In this document: positions 8,550 through 17,764 of the stretch, piece by piece
Layout: every line of letters begins with the position of its first letter
Position numbering within the stretch: the stretch's first letter is position 1
DNA from: Acidimicrobiales bacterium
GTDB lineage: Bacteria > Patescibacteriota > Minisyncoccia > Phycocordibacterales > UBA918
Length of the DNA: 64,000 bases
Direction of reading: 5' to 3'
NCBI GenBank assembly: GCA_047638595.1
Contig: JBLIMJ010000002.1
Location: forward strand, 640 to 64,639
Notes under the pieces: generated by a model
The model's input: only the letters and a program-made list of their open reading frames with translations
What the model was told of the DNA's origin: nothing
Databases searched by the model: none
Position numbers and translations under genes: made by a program

Positions 8550-9263
8550 TTAAGCAGTACGATTAGTGTGTTGTGTCGCTTTCTTTTCCTCAGTACCTGT
8601 CTTGCGGTCTGCGAACACATCACCTCGATAAATCCAAACCTTAATACCAATCACACCATACGGTAGATTAGCGCGCTCTCGAGCATAGTCGATGTCAGCA
8701 CGAAGTGTTTGAAGCGGAATTCGACCTTTTTTAAGTTGTTCTTGTCGCGCCATGTCAGCACCACCAAGGCGGCCTGAAACACTGATACGAACTCCTTGAA
8801 CATCTCGGTTTGCCATAACTTTCTCAACAGTTTGTTTGAGTACACGTCGGAATGGCATTCGTTTTTCAAAACCTTCAACCACCATTTGAGCAACGATAGC
8901 TGCGCTTGTTTCAACAGAACGCACCTCTTCGATGTCAATTTTGATTTCTGGCTTTTCTGCAAGTTTCAATTTTCGTAAGAGCATATCGACATCATGTCGA
9001 AGTTTTGTTGCTCCTTCACCTGAACGACCGATGATAAGACCGGGACGTGCAGTTTTGATAAGAATACGTAGTGCCTTATCATCTCGCTCAATTTCAACAA
9101 CATCTACAGACATTCCCTTAAGCTTCTTTGCAAGAAGTTTACGGATTGCTGCATCAGTACGAAGATATTCGCGATACTTTGCTGGGTCAGTTGCGAACCA
9201 ACGACTCTTCCAGTCACGGTTGATACCCAGTCGTTGTACATATGGATGTGCTATGTGTGTCAT
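8550..9263 (-). CDS. rpsC: 30S ribosomal protein S3
   Basis: MTHIAHPYVQRLGINRDWKSRWFA; KH domain. Confidence 0.92.
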   Translation of the reverse strand: MTHIAHPYVQRLGINRDWKSRWFATDPAKYREYLRTDAAIRKLLAKKLKGMSVDVVEIERDDKALRILIKTARPGLIIGRSGEGATKLRHDVDMLLRKLKLAEKPEIKIDIEEVRSVETSAAIVAQMVVEGFEKRMPFRRVLKQTVEKVMANRDVQGVRISVSGRLGGADMARQEQLKKGRIPLQTLRADIDYARERANLPYGVIGIKVWIYRGDVFADRKTGTEEKKATQHTNRTA

Positions 9264-9275
9264 AGTATGTTCCTA

Positions 9276-9599
9276 TTACTTAGTACCGAGTTCAACGGCA
9301 ATGTGACTGTTTCGTTTGTTGATACGTGATGCACTTCCACGAGCTCGTGCTCGGAAACGCTTCAGTACAGTACCTTTGTTTACAGCCACCATTTTGATAA
9401 ATAGTGTATCTGCACTTTCGCCTGCTTGAATAGCATTTGCCTGTGCTGATTTGATAACCTTTGCAAATGGCTCTGCCGCTCGCTTTTCAGCAAACTTTAG
9501 TACTGCCAATGCTTCGTTAACTTTCTTCCCTCGAACAAGATCTGCGATAAGTCGAACCTTACGCGGAGACTGTCGGTAGTTTTTTAGAACTGCTTTCAT
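9276..9599 (-). CDS. rplV: 50S ribosomal protein L22
   Basis: MKAVLKNYRQSPRKVRLIADLVRGK. Confidence 0.9.
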   Translation of the reverse strand: MKAVLKNYRQSPRKVRLIADLVRGKKVNEALAVLKFAEKRAAEPFAKVIKSAQANAIQAGESADTLFIKMVAVNKGTVLKRFRARARGSASRINKRNSHIAVELGTK

Positions 9600-9615
9600 A
9601 GTTTCTTACGCAAGG

Positions 9616-9942
9616 TTATGAGGCTTTAGCAGCTTTAGCAGCTGCGATTTCAGCTTCTTTCTTCTTAACATCAAGTTCTTTCTGCATCTTTCCACCATGT
9701 CGGTAGAATTTTTTCGTGGGTGAGAATTCACCTAATCGATGACCTACCATATCTTCAGTTGCAAGAACTTCAATATGATCCTTTCCATTGTGTACTCCAA
9801 ATGTGAAGCCTACCATTTCAGGTGCAATCATCGAATCACGCGCCCATGTCTTGATTACTGCTGTTTCAACGCCTTTTTTACCAGCAATTTTTTTCAACAG
9901 TTTCTCGTCAACATAGGGACCTTTATATAGAGATCGTGACAT
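9616..9942 (-). CDS. rpsS: 30S ribosomal protein S19 (with Lys/Ala-rich C-terminal tail)
   Basis: [22 protein letters not shown].. Confidence 0.9.
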   Translation of the reverse strand: MSRSLYKGPYVDEKLLKKIAGKKGVETAVIKTWARDSMIAPEMVGFTFGVHNGKDHIEVLATEDMVGHRLGEFSPTKKFYRHGGKMQKELDVKKKEAEIAAAKAAKAS

Positions 9943-10448
9943 TGTATATATCTTAAAGAAGATGTTGCGAATATAGAAAACCGAACGGTTCGCTATATCC
10001 GCATACTTAATAATTATTCTGCCTCCCCTATCACATCGATAGGTTAGTGTAACGGTTTATTGTTAGGGATTGCCCTACCAGAGGCGAATCCAAAACGAGG
10101 TTAGAACGGGGCTATATTACGTGAAATATGTTGTAAAGTCAACACAATAATGGCCCCGGGAGGTCTCCCTGATCCATTGTACCAATTTGGTGTAAAATGC
10201 CGTTATCTCATAAGAAGTTAACAGATACAACTTGTATGAATGACTGATTCGCGGTACAAAGGGGTTAGGAGGTAAGAGATATGCCACAATTGTATGAAGA
10301 GTAGGCGATTTTGCCACCTGAACTACTTAAATCAGCCAAAAATGCGGAGCAGGAATTGAAAAACTTGCTAACTTGCTCTTAAAGGGCGTAACTGGCTTTG
10401 ATTCTGCGATTATAGCGCAATATCAAAGCACACAGGGAGAAACAAACG
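9943..10448. other. 500-bp structured noncoding region where rplB would normally abut rpsS; several nested hairpins
   Basis: hairpins at 9964-10010 (TGCGAATATAG..CTATATCCGCA with inner CGAACGGTTCG), 10030-10047, 10092-10141, 10142-10153. Confidence 0.5.
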
Positions 10449-10652
10449 ATGCCACACATGCTCACTGAACATGACCCGAAGCAAAGCGATGGGCAAGATG
10501 ACGGAAAAGCGATGGTCCTTAAGGTCCCACCGCTTGATTACGTCACAGAAGAAACAGATCCCCTGGGTAAGGCTAAAGGGCCTGCAGCAGAAGCAGTCGA
10601 CGTCGCAACAGAAGCTTTTGGGCCTGGGATTCTGGCTGGACTTAACCCCTAA
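10449..10652 (+). CDS. hypothetical small acidic protein (67 aa) encoded opposite to the ribosomal operon
   Basis: GGGAGA RBS 8 nt upstream; followed by hairpin plus T-run at 10672-10701. Confidence 0.4.
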   Translation: MPHMLTEHDPKQSDGQDDGKAMVLKVPPLDYVTEETDPLGKAKGPAAEAVDVATEAFGPGILAGLNP

Positions 10653-10671
10653 ACACCGCACACACTCAAAC

Positions 10672-10701
10672 TAAAGGCTGGGAAACCCGGCCTTTTCTTT
10701 T
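10672..10701 (+). terminator. hairpin GGCTGGG-AAA-CCCGGCC followed by TTTTCTTTTT
   Basis: read from sequence. Confidence 0.5.
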
Positions 10702-10722
10702 TATGTTATAGTCATTCTACAT

Positions 10723-11043
10723 ATGCCTAAACCCCGAGGAAAAGAACATACGACCCTTACGGAGACTGCTCAGGAGGTGGTTCGCATACTTAAAGGTATC
10801 TCCGGGGTAAAGATGATTGCTCCTGGCGAGATAAAAACTAACAGTCGTAAAGGTACAGGTGCACGCTTTGTGACCGCGGTATACACTACCGCGGGCATGG
10901 AACTCATTATCTCAGGACAAAGCGTACAGAAAGTAGCTATTCATACAGACGGAAATCCTAAAAATATATTTAAGCTACTTAAAGAACACAAGAAGATGAG
11001 AAATTTTGAGTTTAAACAGCGGGAGAGGAAGCCTGGAATTTAA
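10723..11043 (+). CDS. hypothetical protein (106 aa), basic C-terminus
   Basis: ORF; followed by perfect 13-bp-arm palindrome at 11042-11074. Confidence 0.4.
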   Translation: MPKPRGKEHTTLTETAQEVVRILKGISGVKMIAPGEIKTNSRKGTGARFVTAVYTTAGMELIISGQSVQKVAIHTDGNPKNIFKLLKEHKKMRNFEFKQRERKPGI

Positions 11044-11074
11044 ACAATACTACGTTTAACCGTAGTATTGTTTA
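11042..11074. terminator. perfect palindrome AAACAATACTACG-TTTAAAC-CGTAGTATTGTTT
   Basis: read from sequence. Confidence 0.45.
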
Positions 11075-11177
11075 AACTTCGATACAAAAGAATCTAATAT
11101 CTAACGAGCTTAGCTCCTTGCTTTTTTGTTTCTTTTGGGTATATTTCTTTAGGAAATCTTACACAAGGAAAAGAGCA

Positions 11178-11474
11178 ATGGCAAAAATTGGATTTAACGC
11201 TGTAAGTGAAGAACATAGCCACACTATCGATCAAGGCAACAAAATGAGGAAACTTTTTGCTGCCGTTGTACTCGCAGCATTTGATGATGCGATGGCTGAC
11301 GACAGGAAATACGGCAACGGTCCAGGAGTCATCGCACGCTGGGCTCGTTCACACGACGGTCGCGAAGTTCTGTTATGTGCAGGTATTGAACCAAGCGAAC
11401 GCGCTATAAGAGGAATGATGCAGTTTGTTGCTAATGGCGTGCCGACATCAAAAGCTCTGACAAGAAAAGAATAG
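11178..11474 (+). CDS. hypothetical protein (98 aa from MAKIGFNAV; ORF extends to 11118)
   Basis: AGGAAAAGAG RBS before ATG at 11178; convergent with rplB. Confidence 0.45.
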   Translation: MAKIGFNAVSEEHSHTIDQGNKMRKLFAAVVLAAFDDAMADDRKYGNGPGVIARWARSHDGREVLLCAGIEPSERAIRGMMQFVANGVPTSKALTRKE

Positions 11475-11579
11475 GTTGGGGGTATGTGAGTTACATACCC
11501 CTTTTTGTATTGTCTTTTTGACATTTACGGTGTTCGTCGCCAATCACTAAGTATATTTTTTTCGTCTTCGACTCCAAAC

Positions 11580-11734
11580 CTACTAAGTGTTCTCGACCCC
11601 ACCTCAACTGTCGCTAAAGCAACATGTTTCCGGCTTGGCAAGAGATCCGCAACTGCCTCAAGGCAGTTGTTAAAACAAAGAAAAACACTCCCTTTAAAGG
11701 GAGTGTTTTTCTTTGGTTTATCTCTTCCCACCCA
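11580..11734. repeat. tandem copy 1 of a 190-bp unit: degraded rplB 3-prime end (..IIIVSN-LGGKR*) plus three-stem structured bidirectional terminator
   Basis: P1 aagagat/atctctt, P2 caactgcc-tcaa-ggcagttg, P3 aaaacaaagaaaaac[ACTCCC-TTTAAA-GGGAGT]gtttttctttg. Confidence 0.75.
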
Positions 11735-11769
11735 AGTTACTAACTATAATTATTCGCTACCGCTCCAAT

Positions 11770-11925
11770 TCTAGTAAGTACTCGCGACCCCGACTCGTCT
11801 GTTGCTAAAGCAACATGACTCCGTCTTGGGAAGCGGTCACAACTGCCTCAAGGCAGTTGTTAAAACAAAGAAAAACCTCAGGCTTAAGCCTGGGGTTTTT
11901 CTTTGTTTTACCGCTTCCCACCCAT
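11770..11925. repeat. tandem copy 2 of the same unit, overlapping the true rplB stop
   Basis: P1 gaagcggt/accgcttc, identical P2, P3 apical stem CCTCAGGC-TTAA-GCCTGGGG: compensatory changes relative to copy 1. Confidence 0.75.
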
Positions 11926-12771
11926 CAGTGGTCCTGGCTTTCGTCTTGAAACAATCAATTTGTTTGAGTGTTTCTTCGGTGATCGAGTCTTTTGACCCTT
12001 TCCTGTTGGTCGACCTTGCTTTGTGCGAGATCGTTTGTGTCCTCGAGGAGATTTACCTTCACCACCTCCATGTGGGTGGTCAACTGCATTCTTCGCAGTA
12101 CCACGAGTCTTCGGTCGAAGTCCCATGTGTCGTGCGCGTCCTGCTTTACCGATTGATACCAGACGATGTTCTTCGTTTGATACTTCACCGACTGTTGCCC
12201 AACATGTTGAGAGTACCTTACGGATCTCAGTTGATGGCATTTTGAGTGTTGTGTATCCTGCATCGTGAGCGATCACTTCTGCGTGGATACCTGCAGCTCG
12301 AGCAATACGTGCTCCACCTTCAGGCTTCATCTCCACTGCATACACGAATGTACCAAGTGGGATGTTTGCGAGAGGAAGGCGGTTGGCTTTGGTTGGCTTT
12401 GCAGTTTCAGAAACTACAAATGTATCACCTTCCTTCATTCCTTGCTGTGAAAGAATGTACCGCCGTGCGCCGTCTGCATACAGAACTAAAGCAATGAAAC
12501 CAGTTCGGTACGGATCGTACTCGATAGTCTCTACTTTCGCAGGGACATCTTTCTTATCAAACTTAAAATCGATTTGTCGGTATTTTCGTTTATTACCAGC
12601 TCCTCGGTACCAGTTTGTGATACGTCCAGCGCTGTTACGTCCTCCTGTAGACTTCTTACCTTTTGTAAGTGCCTTTAGTGGTTTGCTTGCAGTTGAAGTA
12701 AGATACTTCTTGTACTCAATCACCGAGCCGTCACGACGGCCCGCTGATGTAGGTTTATATTTTTTTACCAT
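11908..12771 (-). CDS. rplB: 50S ribosomal protein L2 (start at MVKKYKPTSAGRR; ORF extends to 12834)
   Basis: KKYKPTSAGRR, VDHPHGGGEG motifs. Confidence 0.93.
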   Translation of the reverse strand: MVKKYKPTSAGRRDGSVIEYKKYLTSTASKPLKALTKGKKSTGGRNSAGRITNWYRGAGNKRKYRQIDFKFDKKDVPAKVETIEYDPYRTGFIALVLYADGARRYILSQQGMKEGDTFVVSETAKPTKANRLPLANIPLGTFVYAVEMKPEGGARIARAAGIHAEVIAHDAGYTTLKMPSTEIRKVLSTCWATVGEVSNEEHRLVSIGKAGRARHMGLRPKTRGTAKNAVDHPHGGGEGKSPRGHKRSRTKQGRPTGKGQKTRSPKKHSNKLIVSRRKPGPLMGGKR

Positions 12772-12840
12772 AATATCTGAGTGGTACCCAATAGTTAATT
12801 TCTGTGCTGTATGCTGCCACTGTATCAGTGACATTCATAC

Positions 12841-13242
12841 TTACACTAGGTTGATTGAATCTCCGTCTTTCAAATAGACGTATGCCTTCTTCACACCTTT
12901 TTCTGTTAATCGGCGTCCTTTTGTTTTCGACTTAAACTGTCGAGGAGTTTTGTTCACGATGTTGATTTTCACCGGCGTCACATTGTAGAGAGATTTAATT
13001 GCGTCGCGCACAAGGTACTTTGTAGCGTCAGGTCGAACGATAAATGTATGCACATTTCGTTCGCCCATACCTACTGCTTTTTCAGTAACGTGTGGCTTTA
13101 CAATTACACCCGCGAGATCGCGGTCAGTGGGAAATGAGTTACTTACTACAGGTTTTGTAGAGACTGTCTTTTCCGCTGTCTTCTCTCCAGTTTTTTTATC
13201 TGCTTTTGCAGATGTTTTTTTTGTTCGACTAAAGAGTGCCAT
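12841..13242 (-). CDS. rplW: 50S ribosomal protein L23 (N-terminal Lys/Thr-rich extension)
   Basis: C-terminal half matches L23; operon position. Confidence 0.85.
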   Translation of the reverse strand: MALFSRTKKTSAKADKKTGEKTAEKTVSTKPVVSNSFPTDRDLAGVIVKPHVTEKAVGMGERNVHTFIVRPDATKYLVRDAIKSLYNVTPVKINIVNKTPRQFKSKTKGRRLTEKGVKKAYVYLKDGDSINLV

Positions 13243-13264
13243 AATAATTTTTTATTGACTGTAA

Positions 13265-13957
13265 TTACGCTGTTGCCTTTTCATTCTTCTTAGCAGCTCG
13301 ATTTGCAAGTGCTTCGATAGAAACAGACGGGTCTGCGACAATCACATATTTGTAAGTAAGAAGATCAACAGTGTTGATGTCCTTAGCTTGTACAACTTCG
13401 ATATTACCGAAGTTTTGGAAACTTTTTTCAGTGTTCTCGTCACGCTTTGAAAGTACTACAAGTGCTGTATTCTTTCGCTTTGTTGCGAGTTCTTCAATAC
13501 CAGTTCCCTTTGCAAGTGCTACTACTGACGCTTTTGCTTCTGATGCTTTTGGAGCTTCAAATGCAAAGTTGTCGACGAAAATCATCTCACCATCAGCAAA
13601 TTTCTTTGAGAGTGTGATTGCGAAAGCTTTCGCTCGCAGATTTTTGTTAATTTTCTTTGAGTAGTCTTTTTCACTTCGAGGTCCGAAGGTAACACCACCA
13701 CCTGACCAGATCGGTGAACGTCGAGAACCGTGTCGCGCACGACCTGTTCCCTTTTGCTTCCATGGCTTTGCACCACCTCCGCGTACTTCACTTCGATCCT
13801 TTGTGTGTGCGGTACCTGCGCGTGCGTTGCTTTTCATTGACACAACAACCTCGTGTACAAGGTCAGCGTTCCAGTTTACACCGAATACTGATTCCGGAAG
13901 TGTTACCTTACCGTTTTCCTTTCCATCTTGAGTAAATATTTTTGTATCCATAAGCAT
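13265..13957 (-). CDS. rplD: 50S ribosomal protein L4
   Basis: KPWKQKGTGRARHGS motif. Confidence 0.9.
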   Translation of the reverse strand: MLMDTKIFTQDGKENGKVTLPESVFGVNWNADLVHEVVVSMKSNARAGTAHTKDRSEVRGGGAKPWKQKGTGRARHGSRRSPIWSGGGVTFGPRSEKDYSKKINKNLRAKAFAITLSKKFADGEMIFVDNFAFEAPKASEAKASVVALAKGTGIEELATKRKNTALVVLSKRDENTEKSFQNFGNIEVVQAKDINTVDLLTYKYVIVADPSVSIEALANRAAKKNEKATA

Positions 13958-14577
13958 TACACATTTCGTACCTCTACTAATGTTCCTTTTCGACCTGGTA
14001 CTGCTCCACTTACAAGAAGTAGATTTTCTGCAGCGTTTACTTGTAGTACGCGGAGATTTTTGACCGTTGTCTGGTCAGATCCCATACGTCCTGCCATTCG
14101 TGTTCCTTTAAATACACGTGCTGGCCCTGTAGCTCCAATTGAACCAGGTGCTCGCAACGTGTGTTTCTGTCCGTGAGTAGCTTTATTACCTTTAAAGTTA
14201 TATCGCTTTACTACACCTTGGAATCCTTTCCCTTTCGAGATTGCTGCAACAACAATGCTGTCTCCTGCTTCAAAAGTTGAAGCTTCAACTATTTGACCTT
14301 TTTCAAGACCATCCACTGATTCGTCGTAGTTTACTCGTGTTCGGAATTCCTTCACATGTCGGAAGTTTCCACCAGTGTGTCCACGTTCGGCCTTAGGCAC
14401 AAGACTCTCTCGTCGAGATCCTGTTGCTACCTGTACCGCACTATATCCGTCTTTCTCTTGCGTCTTCACTTGCGTGATGGTCGCTGGAGATACTCGGAGG
14501 ATAGTTGCTGCGTGACAAGTTCCGTCAGCGTCAAACACCTGCGTCATCCCTTCCTTCGTCCCTAAAATAAATTTCAT
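13957..14577 (-). CDS. rplC: 50S ribosomal protein L3
   Basis: MKFILGTKEGMTQVFD..; GKGFQGVVKR. Confidence 0.92.
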   Translation of the reverse strand: MKFILGTKEGMTQVFDADGTCHAATILRVSPATITQVKTQEKDGYSAVQVATGSRRESLVPKAERGHTGGNFRHVKEFRTRVNYDESVDGLEKGQIVEASTFEAGDSIVVAAISKGKGFQGVVKRYNFKGNKATHGQKHTLRAPGSIGATGPARVFKGTRMAGRMGSDQTTVKNLRVLQVNAAENLLLVSGAVPGRKGTLVEVRNV

Positions 14578-14627
14578 TTATTTAATTGAACTAGTCTAAT
14601 AATAGTAGCTTTGTTAGACCAACAAAT

Positions 14628-14697
14628 GAGAAATCGCACCGTTTTGGCGCGAGCAGAATGCTCACACAAAAACGGTGCGATTTCTGCCCATTGGTTC
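14628..14697. promoter_or_regulatory. 70-nt hairpin with perfect 17-bp outer stem (AGAAATCGCACCGTTTT/AAAACGGTGCGATTTCT) and inner hairpin GAGCA-GAA-TGCTC, upstream of rplC
   Basis: read from sequence; architecture like the other hairpin-in-hairpin modules. Confidence 0.5.
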
Positions 14698-15140
14698 TCA
14701 TGTCTGCAAGCAAACAATCATCGAACATAGGTCTTTTAAAGCTGGGAGTAGTATACGTATTTATACAATAATTGCAAGACATTCATGGTTACTTTTATTG
14801 GTACAAATTAACAAGCGCAGCGTTTAAAAAGGCGTGATGATTGCACATTTCGTAGTAATAACAATAGTGACGGTACCGCGACCACTCCAAAAGGTATAAG
14901 TTTTGCTACCTGCATCATTAATGAAGACAGAACGCCTCTTAAAGGTTACGAGGGTCATATCTGCCTGATGGATCATCCAGAACATTCAGAAGATTCCGAA
15001 CATTCAGGGACGTGGTGGTATCTATAAGAGGAGGAAAGGTAAGCATACCCCATCTCGGCGATATCTCTTCAAGATGTTGCGTTTGGCTAAAAGTGTAGTA
15101 CTGTTGCACTAAATTAGTACATCAACCATGGGAGATACCG

Positions 15141-15572
15141 ATGAGCAATTCAGATGGAAAAATAATAGTTGCAACAGCTGATGTTGGTGCTGTTCTTGCT
15201 CTGTTGAAACAGCTTGAGCTAGACACAAGTCTTATATTCACAACATCAGGTGAACCACTTGATGAAGGGGCGTTCGAGCGCCTCGGAGCAGAAGTCCGAG
15301 AAATATTAGCGACGCGTAACCTTCCTGTAGCAGATGTTTTGAGGCTTATGGAAAAGGTTGTGAGTGAAGAACCTCCAGTCCTTGCATTGCTGGATGAACT
15401 GTTCAGACCGCAGAAAGGACTCGAACTATTTGCTCCAATGGAAGCACATATGTTGTCAGACATTCCCATAATTCATCTGATTGAAGAGAAGCCGCACCGG
15501 GCATTCGACAATGGCGCAGAAATTCGTTCTGCAAAAGGAGCACGGAAAAAACAAACTCGTTTCAACACCTAG
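15141..15572 (+). CDS. hypothetical protein (143 aa) inserted between rpsJ and rplC on the opposite strand
   Basis: GGAGA RBS 6 nt before ATG; own terminator at 15627-15660; antisense ORF 15122-15469 is low complexity. Confidence 0.55.
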   Translation: MSNSDGKIIVATADVGAVLALLKQLELDTSLIFTTSGEPLDEGAFERLGAEVREILATRNLPVADVLRLMEKVVSEEPPVLALLDELFRPQKGLELFAPMEAHMLSDIPIIHLIEEKPHRAFDNGAEIRSAKGARKKQTRFNT

Positions 15573-15626
15573 CGCGGAAAGTACCCGAAGGCCACCTTGG
15601 TCTTCGGGAATTTTTATACATATAAC

Positions 15627-15660
15627 AAAAGACCGACAGCTTAGCTGTCGGTCTTTTGTT
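15627..15660 (+). terminator. AAAAGACCGACAGC-TTAG-GCTGTCGGTCTTTTGTT intrinsic terminator
   Basis: perfect 14-bp stem with T-run. Confidence 0.65.
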
Positions 15661-15795
15661 ATCCTCACGGACTATCAAATTTTCTTAAAATTGATGAGCT
15701 GCAAGGCGAGATGAAGTTTTATCGGGAGCGGTACATAGGTACCGTGACTGATAAAACTGAAATCTCAACGCCGCAGATCGCTCATTTAAGGAAAT

Positions 15796-16149
15796 TTAGA
15801 TCATTTTCACGTCGATGTTCACACCTGAGGGTAGTGACAAGTTCGTGAGTGCTTCAACCACTTTCGCATTCGGTTCCATGATGTCGATTACACGTTTGTG
15901 CATTCGCATTTCGAATTGTTCTCGCGCATCCTTGTGGACAAATGACGAACGGTTGACTGTGTATTTCTTGATTTCCGTTGGAAGCGGGATTGGTCCTACC
16001 ACTTTTGCGTCGAAACGCATTGCAGTATCGATAATCTGCTTTACAGATGCATCAAGAATCTTGTGCTCATATGCACGGACACGGATTCGAAGCTTTGGAG
16101 TTGCGTCCTTTGCTTCTTTCTTTGTGTCTTTTTTAGATGTTGTAGCCAT
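15796..16149 (-). CDS. rpsJ: 30S ribosomal protein S10 (ATG at MATTSK; ORF track start is TTG 7 codons upstream)
   Basis: RIRVRAYEHKILD..GPIPLPT.. Confidence 0.9.
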   Translation of the reverse strand: MATTSKKDTKKEAKDATPKLRIRVRAYEHKILDASVKQIIDTAMRFDAKVVGPIPLPTEIKKYTVNRSSFVHKDAREQFEMRMHKRVIDIMEPNAKVVEALTNLSLPSGVNIDVKMI

Positions 16150-16205
16150 AATAATTAATTGCTTTCGCAAACTTGCTAGATTGCTTTATATGCAAGACGT
16201 GTGAG

Positions 16206-16250
16206 GAATGAAACGCGAGGCGTACGTAAGGTACGATGAGCGTTTCATTA
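16206..16250 (-). terminator. tuf-rpsJ intergenic hairpin-in-hairpin: outer AATGAAACGC/GCGTTTCATT, inner GGCGTAC-GTAAG-GTACGATGA
   Basis: read from sequence; member of CGTAC..GTACG module family. Confidence 0.55.
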
Positions 16251-16290
16251 CCGAAACACAACGCAGCAGATGAAGTAATATGCGAGTTTG

Positions 16291-17481
16291 TTAGGCTACG
16301 ATTTTAGTAACTACGCCGGCTCCTACTGTCTTACCACCCTCACGGATAGCAAAGTTTGTCTGTTCTTCCATAGCTACAGGAGCTACAAGCTTCACTTTGA
16401 AAGTTGCAGTTTGTCCAGGCATAACCATTTCAGTACCTTCAGCAAGTGTTACGTCACCAGTTACGTCCGTTGTTCGGATGTAAAACTGTGGTTTGTAACC
16501 TGAGAAAAATGGAGTGTGACGCCCACCTTCTTCCTTACCAAGTACGTATACTTCAGCTTCGAACTCAGTGTGAGGAGTTACAGACCCCTTAGCAGCAAGC
16601 ACTTGACCTCGGTGTACCTCTTCTTTCTTAGTACCTCGTAGAAGGATACCTGCATTGTCTCCAGCTTGTGCTCGATCCAGTTGCTTGTTGAACATCTCAA
16701 CACCTGTAACAGTAGTTGTTGCAGTGTCTTTCATTCCAACAATTTCAATTTCCTCTCCAACCTTTACAGCTCCTCGTTCTACACGACCAGTTACCACAGT
16801 ACCACGTCCTTCAATTGAGAAAATGTCCTCAACTGGCATAAGGAATGGCTTATCAAGATCTCGTTCTGGAATCGGGAAGAAGTCATCCATTGCTTGCGTA
16901 AGCTCAAGAACTTTCTTACCCCATTCTCCAGCAGGATCTTCAAGAGCCTTAAGTGCTGAACCTTTAATGATAGGTGCGTTTTCGCCATCAAATCCGTTTT
17001 TTGTAAGCATTTCTCGAAGCTCTTCTTCAACGAGCTCAAGCATTTCTTCATCATCAACCATATCGCACTTGTTCATAAATACGATCATGTTTGGTACACC
17101 AACTTGCTTTGCAAGAAGTACGTGCTCACGAGTTTGTGGCATCGCACCATCCGTTGCAGCAACTACAAGTACCGCACCGTCCATCTGCGCTGCACCAGTA
17201 ATCATGTTCTTAATGTAGTCCGCGTGACCTGGCGCATCAATGTGTGCGTAGTGTCGATTTGGAGTCTCATACTCAGAGTGAGAAAGAGAAATAGTGATAC
17301 CTCGCGCCTTTTCCTCTGGCGCTTTGTCAATATCCTCTACAGCTTTAAGGTTTGCTGTGTAACCTTCACCAGCTTGTGCTAGTACGTTTAGAATTGCAGC
17401 TGTAAGTGTAGTCTTACCGTGGTCTACGTGACCAATAGTTCCTACGTTTACGTGCGGCTTAGTTCGATCGAAATCTGCCAT
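16291..17481 (-). CDS. tuf: elongation factor Tu
   Basis: 396 aa; [22 protein letters not shown] motifs. Confidence 0.97.
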   Translation of the reverse strand: MADFDRTKPHVNVGTIGHVDHGKTTLTAAILNVLAQAGEGYTANLKAVEDIDKAPEEKARGITISLSHSEYETPNRHYAHIDAPGHADYIKNMITGAAQMDGAVLVVAATDGAMPQTREHVLLAKQVGVPNMIVFMNKCDMVDDEEMLELVEEELREMLTKNGFDGENAPIIKGSALKALEDPAGEWGKKVLELTQAMDDFFPIPERDLDKPFLMPVEDIFSIEGRGTVVTGRVERGAVKVGEEIEIVGMKDTATTTVTGVEMFNKQLDRAQAGDNAGILLRGTKKEEVHRGQVLAAKGSVTPHTEFEAEVYVLGKEEGGRHTPFFSGYKPQFYIRTTDVTGDVTLAEGTEMVMPGQTATFKVKLVAPVAMEEQTNFAIREGGKTVGAGVVTKIVA

Positions 17482-17717
17482 AATAATAGCTTAACTTTAA
17501 TAAATATATACCGCACACGGCTGCTTCCTAATTTTAATATAAAAATAAAAAGCTTCTCCAGTGCAAATGTAGGGCCGCGAGAACATCGCGCCACATTTCC
17601 ACTGCAGGTATGACAATGAGCAGTATAGTTTCCCCGACACAGTATAAGTCGTATCGGTGCGGCAATAGTACCAGAATCGACCTTTTTTGCAAGCGATATT
17701 CTGGACCAGAATACAAA

Positions 17718-17757
17718 CAAACCGCACAATCTCGCGCATGCGATTTGATTGTGCGGT
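17718..17757 (-). terminator. AACCGCACAATC..ATTGTGCGGTT 12-bp stem with palindromic CGCATGCG loop, 3-prime of hypothetical gene
   Basis: read from sequence. Confidence 0.5.
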
Positions 17758-17764
17758 TATTACT

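Noticed and set aside
10080-10160. tRNA- or tmRNA-like start (GGGGCUAUA..) and CCA-containing end
   Set aside because: No T-loop (GTTCGAATC-like) and no 7-bp acceptor complementarity. The GGGAG-GT-CTCCC loop is too small. Probably just one of the many nested hairpins in this spacer.
11580-11925. Diversity-generating retroelement (VR/TR) interpretation of the gene-end duplications
   Set aside because: Repeats are short (25-35 bp of coding sequence), differences are not adenine-specific, and no reverse transcriptase is present in the window.
15122-15469. 115-aa minus-strand ORF antisense to gene 15141-15572
   Set aside because: Low-complexity Ser/Ala/Arg-rich translation typical of antisense frames; the plus-strand ORF has RBS and terminator.
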